A stretch of 64,000 bases of DNA from an uncultured Clostridia bacterium (GCA_944368775.1 CALVXB010000006.1:8196-72195), one strand, 5' to 3'; positions 1-7,596 are shown, numbered from the stretch's first letter. The notes: generated by a model not told the origin, from the sequence alone. Made by a program: numbers and translations.

Positions 1-885
1 TGAAAAGAACAACATCAAATATTCTGCTAATAAATCGATAGAAGTTGTAAACACATACGATATAGAAGAAACTAAAAATGTTTCATTCGTCGTATTCAGA
101 GCAAGAGAAATCTTATCTCCACGCCTTGAAGTGTCGCCAACATAGGCAAAATAGTTTGGCTGCACTAATTTATAATTTGCTAACCCTACGCCTTCCATAT
201 CTGCTTTTGTTTCAATAAACTCTTTACTCGTTGATATTCCTCTAACAGCTTCCAACCCAAGTCCTATATCGTTTCTTCTATCGCTCAAAGATAAATATTT
301 ACCTATCGGTTCGGAAGGGAGCTTTCGACGGAGGTCTTCTATGTAGCCATCGCAGACAAGTTTTAAGTCTTCCAAGCCACGCTCGTATGCCTTTTGGTTA
401 TTCACCATACCTTGATAAATATCAACATACTTTTGCTGCACCTCTATCGGCGGCAATTCAATATCAATATCACACATTTCCTTGAATGTGAATAGTTCCG
501 TTGCGCTTCCCCATGAATTTATTCTTGCATATCTATCAAATTCGTTCCTACAAAAATAAATGTATAAGTACTGTGGCAATATTTGCGATTTATCTTTTAT
601 TTTGAATCCTATATTATTAAAAGAAAATAAAAGCGAACAATTTGTATCATTGTAAGCTAATCCTACTTTTTCACCCATTCGCGTTGTGCGTGGATTATAC
701 ACAAACTCATCGGGTTGAATAATTAAAAACTTGGCTATAACATCGGCATCAATGCTAGCTTTCGTTTTCATTATTGTTTTGTGATTTGAAACGCCGCGAA
801 CAACATCTATACCATATAGCTTATCTGTATTATATCGATTAACTTCTGAAATCAACTCCCCTAACTTATAATTACTCAATGCCAT
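1..885 (-). CDS. hsdS: Type I restriction-modification specificity subunit HsdS, partial (C-terminus lies left of the window)
   Basis: My own minus-strand translation from the ATG at 885-883 is open for all 295 codons down to position 1 (MALSNYKLGELISEVNRYNTDKLYGIDVV...). It has two TRD-like halves separated by a conserved helical spacer (ELPPIEVQQKYVDIYQGMVNNQKAYERGLEDLKLVCDGYIEDL). The start overlaps the hsdM stop by 14 nt. It is missing from the ORF track only because no stop codon lies inside the window. Confidence 0.8.
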   Translation of the reverse strand, partial: MALSNYKLGELISEVNRYNTDKLYGIDVVRGVSNHKTIMKTKASIDADVIAKFLIIQPDEFVYNPRTTRMGEKVGLAYNDTNCSLLFSFNNIGFKIKDKSQILPQYLYIYFCRNEFDRYARINSWGSATELFTFKEMCDIDIELPPIEVQQKYVDIYQGMVNNQKAYERGLEDLKLVCDGYIEDLRRKLPSEPIGKYLSLSDRRNDIGLGLEAVRGISTSKEFIETKADMEGVGLANYKLVQPNYFAYVGDTSRRGDKISLALNTTNETFLVSSISYVFTTSIDLLAEYLMLFFS

Positions 886-2500
886 AGCCGATACCTTCAA
901 ATGCCTTAATTAAAAGCTGCTGCGACTGCTTTTCCTGTTCAATAACTTCCTTCATTTCATTTTGAATACGCGCCATTTCCTTGGAGAAATCGATATCAAG
1001 GTCGTGGTCAATAAACTCAATATACTTGCTGGGCGTAAGGGTATAGTTATTTGCCCTGATGCCGTTTTCGCTTTCAAGCGTAACCGCCTTGCAGTATTCG
1101 GGCACATCTTTATACAGACTTCTGTCAGCACTCTGCCAAGCAAAATACAGGTCACGAATTTTTTCTATCTGCTTACGGGAGAGCACCGTCTTTTTCTTCT
1201 TTTTATTCTTGTCAAGCACATATTCTTCGGTGTTATCGTCCCAACGGCGCAAATCGACAAACAGCACTTCATTAGTTCTGTCACGCAACATTCTGCCGTT
1301 CAGTTCGTGAGCCTTTTTGTTATTATTCAAAATCCACAGCGTTACGGAAATATCCGTTGTATAGAACATATCGCGGGGCAAAACTATAATTGCCTCCACC
1401 TTATCCCTCTCCAAAAGCTGTTTACGGATCAGATACTCCGAATTTTCGCTGCCTTCATCGTCACCGCCAGCACCTGCGTTCAGGGCGCCGTTTGCAAGGA
1501 GGAAACCGGCAATGCCGTTGCTTTCGTCCATTTTGGAGAGCATGTGCAATATCCACGCATAGTTGGCATTGGAAACTGGCGGCATAGCCCAGCCCTTGAA
1601 TCGAGGATCATTTTTAAGTTCGTCTTCGCCGCGCCACTTTTTAAGGTTGAAGGGGGGATTCGCCATAATGTAGCGAACCTTTCTATCTTTATGTAAATCT
1701 TCTGTGAACGTGGAAGCGTTCTTTTCGCCCAAATCGCAGGAGATGCCGCGGATAGACAGATTCATTTTTGCAAGGCGCCAGGTATCGGGGTTGGATTCCT
1801 GCCCGACGACGGAAACCTTTTTGCGGCTTCCCTTGTGCTCGTCCACAAAACGCATACTCTGCACAAACATACCGCCTGAACCGCAACAAGGGTCATAGAC
1901 AACGCCGTCGAACGGCTCGATCAGCTCGGTGATGAGTTCTACCACGCAGGCAGGTGTGTAAAATTCACCGTCCTCCTTGGTGCCGGAAGCGGCATAGTTT
2001 TGCAGGAAATATTCATACACCCTGCCGATCAGGTCTTCTTCCTTGAAGTGCGCCTCGTTAATTTTATTCACCTCATCGATCAGCGATTTCATCGCGGCTT
2101 TGTCGGCATTGAGCGTTACAAACAGTTGTTGGGGCAGGGCGCCTTTCAGCGGCGGATTCTTCGCCTCAATATCTGCCATTGCTTTATCGAGTTTTACGGC
2201 TATGTCGTCTGCACTTGCATTTTTCACGATATAGTTCCAGCGGCAGTGCTCGTCCAGATAGTAGACGTTCTCTGCGTTGTAAAAGGAGACCTTCTCTAAA
2301 AACACAGGCACGTCGCCAAACTGTTCTATGATTTCTTTGCGGCGGCGTTCAAACTTTACGCTTGCAAAGTTTAAAAAGCAAAGCGAAATAATGGCATCTC
2401 TCTTCTTTTCAAGGCTACCGATCGTCCTGAGTGCCACGCGGCAATTCCACAGGACGGTTTCCAACGATTGTTCTTTTGATTTTACTTCTTTCTTAGGCAT
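872..2500 (-). CDS. hsdM: Type I restriction-modification DNA methyltransferase subunit HsdM (N6-adenine)
   Basis: 542-aa ORF. SAM-binding motif I is DPCCGSGGMF and catalytic motif IV is NPPF (IMANPPFNLKKW). The N-terminal HsdM-type helical domain is present. An hsdS follows immediately. Confidence 0.93.
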   Translation of the reverse strand: MPKKEVKSKEQSLETVLWNCRVALRTIGSLEKKRDAIISLCFLNFASVKFERRRKEIIEQFGDVPVFLEKVSFYNAENVYYLDEHCRWNYIVKNASADDIAVKLDKAMADIEAKNPPLKGALPQQLFVTLNADKAAMKSLIDEVNKINEAHFKEEDLIGRVYEYFLQNYAASGTKEDGEFYTPACVVELITELIEPFDGVVYDPCCGSGGMFVQSMRFVDEHKGSRKKVSVVGQESNPDTWRLAKMNLSIRGISCDLGEKNASTFTEDLHKDRKVRYIMANPPFNLKKWRGEDELKNDPRFKGWAMPPVSNANYAWILHMLSKMDESNGIAGFLLANGALNAGAGGDDEGSENSEYLIRKQLLERDKVEAIIVLPRDMFYTTDISVTLWILNNNKKAHELNGRMLRDRTNEVLFVDLRRWDDNTEEYVLDKNKKKKKTVLSRKQIEKIRDLYFAWQSADRSLYKDVPEYCKAVTLESENGIRANNYTLTPSKYIEFIDHDLDIDFSKEMARIQNEMKEVIEQEKQSQQLLIKAFEGIGYGIE

Positions 2501-2529
2501 TTTTGTGTAAGACTCCTAATAGTGCTTAA

Positions 2530-3573
2530 CTATTTGTTTTTCTTTGATTTAATTTTTTGATTTTGCGTATACCTTTCTTTAATTTTAACCAGCCATTCAG
2601 AGTCATCAGAATGTTCAGAAATTTCATTTTTTAATTTTTTAAACGCGAATTCAGAATACTTGTGCACCTCTGTCTTTTTAGAGGTTTGTATTTCCAAATG
2701 ATACTTCTTTTCGTCTTTAAGATGAAAATACCAAATTAAAGCAGGCGTATACTTCCCCTCAATACCAAGCATAGCCGTTAAATCTTTTTGCAGATAAGGA
2801 TGACTTACGTTAGGCTCCAAATCAGGAACGGGGACTTCCTCTGCAAGGTCTATATTGCCTGTAACCATCAATACCGGCTCTCCGCCTTCTTTTAATTGTC
2901 CCTCTTTAATAAATTTAGCCTTTTTTAAAACTTGTACAACTAATTTCTTATCAATAGCGACATCCACACCGTAAGGAGTGCTTATCCTTCCATTGCTATA
3001 ATTAATAATCCCAATATTAGGAGTATTGCCAGCGCGTATTGATTCAACTAATTTAATAATGCTGTCATGTATCCTCTTTTCCCTTTCCGCTATAATGCGA
3101 TGCATTTCAGGATACTTGATTTTTTCTGTACGCGCTTTATATCTATAAAAAATATCTCCACTACTAATTGTACCGTCAACTTTAATTGCCATAACGGGTT
3201 TATCAAGACTCTCCTCAACATAGATATATCCAACCTCACCCTTTTCACAATCAACGATGCCAATATCCCACAATATCTCGGGCGAAAATCTTGAATTTAA
3301 AATTTCCGTCATTTTTTCCACAGGCAGCTCTTTAAACGCATTATTAACACCTACAATCTCCCTTGGCTTATCTTTAACTCCAAAAATAATATATCCACCT
3401 GCATTATTAGCAAATGCGGCCATAGTTTTTGCATATTTAGCCGCATTGGAATAACTGAACGATTCTTTATATTCCAAGTCGGCTCTTTCACGGCATTTCA
3501 GCTTTCCGTTTTTATCAAAAACTAAAATATGCGACTTAATGTATTCTTCATGTTTTTGACAATTATGCAACAT
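2530..3573 (-). CDS. AlbA_2 / Schlafen-like (divergent AAA) putative DNA-binding protein, function unknown
   Basis: 347-aa ORF. The N-terminal third carries the AlbA_2 hallmark as I remember it (ADLEYKESF...AKTMAAFANNAGGYIIFGVKDKPREIVGV). I do not recognise the C-terminal ~150 aa. It lies 29 nt upstream of hsdM on the same strand. Confidence 0.65.
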   Translation of the reverse strand: MLHNCQKHEEYIKSHILVFDKNGKLKCRERADLEYKESFSYSNAAKYAKTMAAFANNAGGYIIFGVKDKPREIVGVNNAFKELPVEKMTEILNSRFSPEILWDIGIVDCEKGEVGYIYVEESLDKPVMAIKVDGTISSGDIFYRYKARTEKIKYPEMHRIIAEREKRIHDSIIKLVESIRAGNTPNIGIINYSNGRISTPYGVDVAIDKKLVVQVLKKAKFIKEGQLKEGGEPVLMVTGNIDLAEEVPVPDLEPNVSHPYLQKDLTAMLGIEGKYTPALIWYFHLKDEKKYHLEIQTSKKTEVHKYSEFAFKKLKNEISEHSDDSEWLVKIKERYTQNQKIKSKKNK

Positions 3574-3599
3574 GTTTCCCCTACCTCATATCCAGCTAA

Positions 3600-4430
3600 T
3601 TATTTCCTATAAATTTCATCCAACGTTTTGCCGGCTTTGTCTTTCCATTCCGCCCAGCCGTTGATCGAGCCGCCGAGAATAAATTCTCCGGCGCCGCTAG
3701 GTGTGTTGAATTCAAGCGTAACTTTCAAGATATACTTATCCGCCTGCTGGATGATATCCCCCTTTTCAAGCAACTCTTTTCGCTGTTTGTTATACTTTTC
3801 AAGATTTGCGGGTTTTGCAAGATTGACCTCTGAACCTTCCAGCACCTGAAATTTATCACCGTCATAAACGCCGTATGCCTTAATCCCATTGCGGGTCGTA
3901 TGGAAAACAGACGATTCATTCAGGCTTGCCCTTGCGTTATCCAGCTTATAGCCCTGCGTCGCCATGATGAACTGTATTTCCTCATATACCTCTTCAATGG
4001 AGGGGAGGTCGTACTCATCAATTTCATACTTGGGCTTGACGGAGTTTTCCACCTTATAGCGATTGGATTCATGCGCTTTGATAATGGCATATTCTTCCAG
4101 TCCGCTGATCATATCGAGAGAGAATGTCTTGCTGTCGGCAAGGAACATGATTGCCTTATTCCAAAAATCTTTGGAACGGTTATGGTCGTCCAGACGGACA
4201 ACTCCGTTGCGCGTCTGCCCTATGTAGATCTGTGCGATCTTATTTTCGTCGTTTTCATTGATGAGATAGTAAATACCAGGGCGGTTGATGCCTGTGATCT
4301 TCTTTGCCTCGGCAAGCAAAGGGCGCGGAATGACATAGGTTGTCATCGTCGATAGATGACGTCTGATCGATCGGATGCCGTCGGGCCGTCCGTTATGGTA
4401 GATGGTTTCAAGTTTCTTACTTGTTGCCAT
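3600..4430 (-). CDS. GIY-YIG nuclease domain protein with C-terminal DUF4357-like module
   Basis: I chose the ATG at 4430 as the start because AGGAGG lies 7 nt upstream; the track start at 4454 has no RBS. GIY-YIG motif: PGIYYLINE...IYIGQTRNGVVRLDDHNR. The C-terminus has an NGW-containing module (GGSINGWAEWKDKAGKTLDEIY) that I recall as DUF4357. Confidence 0.7.
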   Translation of the reverse strand: MATSKKLETIYHNGRPDGIRSIRRHLSTMTTYVIPRPLLAEAKKITGINRPGIYYLINENDENKIAQIYIGQTRNGVVRLDDHNRSKDFWNKAIMFLADSKTFSLDMISGLEEYAIIKAHESNRYKVENSVKPKYEIDEYDLPSIEEVYEEIQFIMATQGYKLDNARASLNESSVFHTTRNGIKAYGVYDGDKFQVLEGSEVNLAKPANLEKYNKQRKELLEKGDIIQQADKYILKVTLEFNTPSGAGEFILGGSINGWAEWKDKAGKTLDEIYRK

Positions 4431-4641
4431 TGCTAGCCTCCTCGTTGATGACATCCATAATGTCGCCGACGTTGCAATCGAGCAGTTTGCAGATCTTTAA
4501 GAGGACGTCCATCGAAACGGTCTCATTTTTTCCGAGTTTGGCAAGCGTCGTTGTGGAAATATCTGCTTGAAGACGCATTTGCGTCTTTGTCATTCCCTTG
4601 TCGATGAGCAGTTTCCATAACTTATTGTAGCTGATTGCCAT
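4417..4641 (-). CDS. XRE-family helix-turn-helix transcriptional regulator (74 aa), candidate controller of the operon
   Basis: MAISYNKLWKLLIDKGMTKTQMRLQADISTTTLAKLGKNETVSMDVLLKICKLLDCNVGDIM is a typical Cro/C1 HTH. Start is the ATG at 4641 with a GAGGTGA RBS. The stop overlaps the next gene by 14 nt. Confidence 0.85.
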   Translation of the reverse strand: MAISYNKLWKLLIDKGMTKTQMRLQADISTTTLAKLGKNETVSMDVLLKICKLLDCNVGDIMDVINEEASNGNK

Positions 4642-4674
4642 GCTGTCACCTCGTCCAAATCGTATTACAAAATA

Positions 4675-4712
4675 ATTATAGCATATCCGCACGGGGATTT
4701 CAATAGGATATG
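4675..4712 (-). promoter_or_regulatory. Sigma-70-type promoter of the XRE/R-M operon with a flanking inverted repeat (candidate operator)
   Basis: On the minus strand: TTGAAA (4703-4698), a 17-nt spacer, then TATAAT (4680-4675), about 35 nt upstream of the HTH start. The inverted repeat GCATATCC (4681-4688) / GGATATGC (4705-4712) brackets the -35 element and spacer. Confidence 0.7.
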
Positions 4713-4870
4713 CGAAATTGCTGATATATTATTTGAAAATAGTGCGGTATCCAACCGTATCGGATTCGATACGGTTAAATATTCCTATTCCGAAAAAGGT
4801 GGCTTTCCACCTTATCTCGGAGTAGAGGGAATAGGAGCAAATCGCAAGAGCAAAACGGGGCGCACAAAAG

Positions 4871-4896
4871 AACGGCAGCCCGTATGAGCTGCCGTT
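4871..4896 (-). terminator. Hairpin terminator downstream of the collagen-like gene
   Basis: AACGGCAGC-N8-GCTGCCGTT perfect 9-bp stem. On the minus strand it is followed by CTTTTGTG. Two further strong hairpins lie at 4753-4776 and 4783-4836 (nested). Confidence 0.55.
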
Positions 4897-4930
4897 TGAC
4901 TTTGTTCCGAATGGCTTTTTCATGTTTCCC

Positions 4931-5470
4931 TTATGTTACCTGCTCTGTCGCCCCCGTCGCGCCCGTCGCTCCCGTCGGGCCTTGTAGACCCGTGGGGCCG
5001 GCGGGGCCGGTCGCTCCTTGCGGGCCGGTCGCTCCTGTCGCGCCGGGTTGGCCGGCGGGGCCTTGAGGGCCGGTGGGGCCTGTCGCTCCTGTTGCCCCCG
5101 TCGCGCCCGTCGCCCCTGTCGCTCCGGGTTGGCCGGTGGGGCCTTGCGGGCCGGTGGGGCCGGTCGCTCCCGTTGCCCCCGTCGCGCCCGTCGCCCCTGT
5201 CGCTCCGGGTTGGCCGGTGGGGCCTTGGGGGCCGGTGGGACCTTGCGGGCCGGTCGGGCCCGTCGCTCCCGTTGCTCCGGTCGGGCCTTGGGGACCGGTG
5301 GGGCCGGTCGCCCCCGTCGCGCCCGTGGGGCCTTGCGGGCCGGTCGCTCCTTGCGGGCCGGTGGGGCCGGCGGGGCCTTGCGGGCCGGTCGGGCCGGCGG
5401 GGCCCATCGAGCCGCGCAGCAGCAGCGCCGTGCGGCAGCAGCAACAGTTCAAAAATTCTTCGTCGATCAT
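4931..5470 (-). CDS. Collagen-like triple-helix repeat protein (BclA-like), 179 aa
   Basis: After a 22-aa head ([22 protein letters not shown]), an uninterrupted Gly-X-Y run follows ([22 protein letters not shown]...), ending ...[19 protein letters not shown] lies 7 nt upstream of the ATG. An internal 81-bp direct repeat is present (the same 46-mer starts at 5100 and 5181). Confidence 0.85.
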   Translation of the reverse strand: MIDEEFLNCCCCRTALLLRGSMGPAGPTGPQGPAGPTGPQGATGPQGPTGATGATGPTGPQGPTGATGATGPTGPQGPTGPQGPTGQPGATGATGATGATGATGPTGPQGPTGQPGATGATGATGATGATGPTGPQGPAGQPGATGATGPQGATGPAGPTGLQGPTGATGATGATEQVT

Positions 5471-5583
5471 TTTTCCTCCGTATGCGGGCGCTTGTGCCCA
5501 TGGCGGAAGAGTACAGACCGCGCCCGTATTACGCTCTTCCGCCCTATCATACTATGCGCGCGCCCGCCCGCGCGTGCGGGGGG

Positions 5584-6321
5584 CTATGGCTGTTTTTCGG
5601 GCGGGGTTTGCAGGCTTTTGCGGTATTCGGCGGGGCTGCGGCCGTATTTTTTGCGGAAGGTCTCGATAAAGTAGCTCACGCCGGCAAAGCCGACGTCCAG
5701 CCCGATCTCGATGATCTTTTTGTCCGTGTGCAGCAGCTCTGCCGCTTTTTTGAGGCGGTAGTCGATGAGGTATTGCACGGGCGTGGTGTGCAGATATTTT
5801 TTGAAGAGCGCCGTGCAGCTGCTCTTGCACATGGCGCCCGCGGCGGCGATCTCGCCCAGCGTCAGCTTTTCGCCGAAATGTTCCTGTATAAAACATAACA
5901 TACATTTGAGCGCGGGCAGGTCGGCAAAGCGGTCGTCCGGCTTTTTATTCTGCGGCAGCAGCGAGAGAAGCTGCGCCCAGATGCGGTACCCGGCGGACAG
6001 CGCGAGCAGAGAAAAGAGCGCCTCGCGCTCGCCGAGGTGCAGCTCGCAGACGGCGTCAAACAGCGCCGCACCCTCCGCGTCGCGCCGGAAGAGCATCAAG
6101 GGCGGCGCGCCGTCTTGCAGGATGGACAGGATATGGTTTTGCACGTCTTCGCTCCCCCGGCAGAAGGGCAGGGGATGGAGCAGCGCGCAGATAAAGTCAC
6201 ATTCCGCCTGCGTATCCGAAAACCCGTAATGCAGGCGGCGGGCGTTGACGAAGATGCCCTCTCCCGCGCGCAGGCGCACGATCTCGCCGTTGATGTTGTA
6301 GTCCATCTGCCCGCTCAACAC
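5584..6321 (-). CDS. AraC-family transcriptional regulator (cupin sensor + AraC HTH); true 5' end uncertain
   Basis: The C-terminal AraC HTH is present (GEIAAAGAMCKSSCTALFKKYLHTTPVQYLIDYRLKKAAELL...GFAGVSYFIETFRKKYGRSPAEYRK). The cupin-like sequence continues in frame upstream of the GTG at 6321 (…AADAHWHDDIELIAV-LSGQ) as far as a TAG at 6504-6502. No ATG, GTG or TTG occurs in that stretch. Confidence 0.75.
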   Translation of the reverse strand: MLSGQMDYNINGEIVRLRAGEGIFVNARRLHYGFSDTQAECDFICALLHPLPFCRGSEDVQNHILSILQDGAPPLMLFRRDAEGAALFDAVCELHLGEREALFSLLALSAGYRIWAQLLSLLPQNKKPDDRFADLPALKCMLCFIQEHFGEKLTLGEIAAAGAMCKSSCTALFKKYLHTTPVQYLIDYRLKKAAELLHTDKKIIEIGLDVGFAGVSYFIETFRKKYGRSPAEYRKSLQTPPEKQP

Positions 6322-6534
6322 GGCGATCAGCTCGATGTCGTCGTGCCAATGCGCGTCGGCGGCAAAGTCGTATTCAGACAGCTGCCCCCGCCGTACATAG
6401 ACGGCTACGTCGCCGCTGTTGTATGCGACGATCTCCGATTTGTCGCCGCGCCGATGGGGCTGCAGGTGGAGCGATGCGCGGCGCGCTTCGTCGCGCCGCG
6501 CCTATAAATCGGCGGGGGCGGCGGCGGAAATTCT

Positions 6535-7596
6535 TCATTTTTCCGAAAACAAGCGGTCAAAAAAGGCGCGGTTGTGCAGCACGCTCTCGTCCTGCGGCTT
6601 ATACCGCGCGGCGCGCTCGTTCCACGCGGCGGCGCGGCGGGCGTCGCCCAGCGCATAGCAGCACACGCACAGCCATAGGCAGGGGATAAAGCCGCCGCAG
6701 TCGGGGCGGGCGAACCCGCCGCTTCGGGTGGGGCCGACGCGCACCGCCAGCCGGTACCAAAAGGCGGCGTCCGCAAACCTGCCCGCCTCGCGCAGGCAGT
6801 CGCCCAGCGCGCAGCACGTCTCCGCCCGCGGAGGCGCGCAGGCAAAGGCGCGCAGCAGCGCCCGCTCGCAGCCCGCCCCGTCGCCGCAGGCGGCACGGCA
6901 GCGAGAGAGCGCCTCGCACGCGGCGATCTTATCCTCCGCCCACCCCTCGCCGCGCAAAAAATGTTCAAACGCGCCCGCGGCGGTGCGCGGCATGCCGCAG
7001 TCGAGCAGCTCGCGCGCAAAGTAGTAAGTCTGCCGCGCGTCGGGCGCTTCCCCGCTCGCAAAGGCGCGCGCGAAAATTTTCAGGTTGCGGAAGGGGTCGC
7101 GCTTGGGCCCGCCCAGGTGGGTGACGGCGATGTCCGCACGGGCGACGTCGCCGCCCGCGGCGATGTACTCGTGCACGCGGCCATGCCACAAGAAGCCCGC
7201 TTCTTTCCGCACGATGCGCACCCGCTCGAAGGCGAGCGCCACGCCGCCCCGCCCGTCGGGGATCTCGGTGCGCAGGCGGCAGGCGTCCGCCCGCAGCCTC
7301 TCTTTCAGCGCGCGCAGCGCCTGCGCGGCGCGGGGGAGCAGCACCTCGTCCGCGTCCAGCCACAGCAGGTAGTCGCCTTTCGCCTGCGCAAAGGCAAAGT
7401 TGCGGGCGGCGGCAAAGTCCTCCCGCCAGGCAAAGTCGAACACCTTGTCTGTAAACGACAGCGCGATCTTTTTTGTATCGTCCTTTGAGCCCGTGTCTGC
7501 GACGACGATCTCGTCGCACAGCGGCGCGGCGCTCTGCAAACACCGCCCCAGCACCGCCCCCTCGTCGCGCACGATCATGCAGAGAGAAAGAGTCAT
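6535..7596 (-). CDS. Family-2 glycosyltransferase with C-terminal TPR-like repeats
   Basis: N-terminal GT-A fold motifs: LSLCMIVRDEG...IVVADTGSKDDT...LWLDADE (DxD). The C-terminal half is Ala/Arg-rich helical repeats that look TPR-like. Confidence 0.8.
   Translation of the reverse strand: MTLSLCMIVRDEGAVLGRCLQSAAPLCDEIVVADTGSKDDTKKIALSFTDKVFDFAWREDFAAARNFAFAQAKGDYLLWLDADEVLLPRAAQALRALKERLRADACRLRTEIPDGRGGVALAFERVRIVRKEAGFLWHGRVHEYIAAGGDVARADIAVTHLGGPKRDPFRNLKIFARAFASGEAPDARQTYYFARELLDCGMPRTAAGAFEHFLRGEGWAEDKIAACEALSRCRAACGDGAGCERALLRAFACAPPRAETCCALGDCLREAGRFADAAFWYRLAVRVGPTRSGGFARPDCGGFIPCLWLCVCCYALGDARRAAAWNERAARYKPQDESVLHNRAFFDRLFSEK

Noticed and set aside
1-4930. Integrase, transposase or prophage genes that would explain the mobility of the AT-rich island
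   Set aside because: None is present in the visible part of the island. The left boundary is outside the window, so mobility genes cannot be excluded or claimed.
4884-5898. Alternative frames and the opposite strand of the collagen-repeat DNA (e.g. 5073-5669 + GPVAPVAPV..., 4920-5501 - Arg/Pro/Asp-rich, 4933-5898 +)
   Set aside because: Any 9-nt periodic GC-rich repeat is open in many frames. Only the 4931-5470 minus frame gives canonical Gly-X-Y with a GGAGG RBS at correct spacing.
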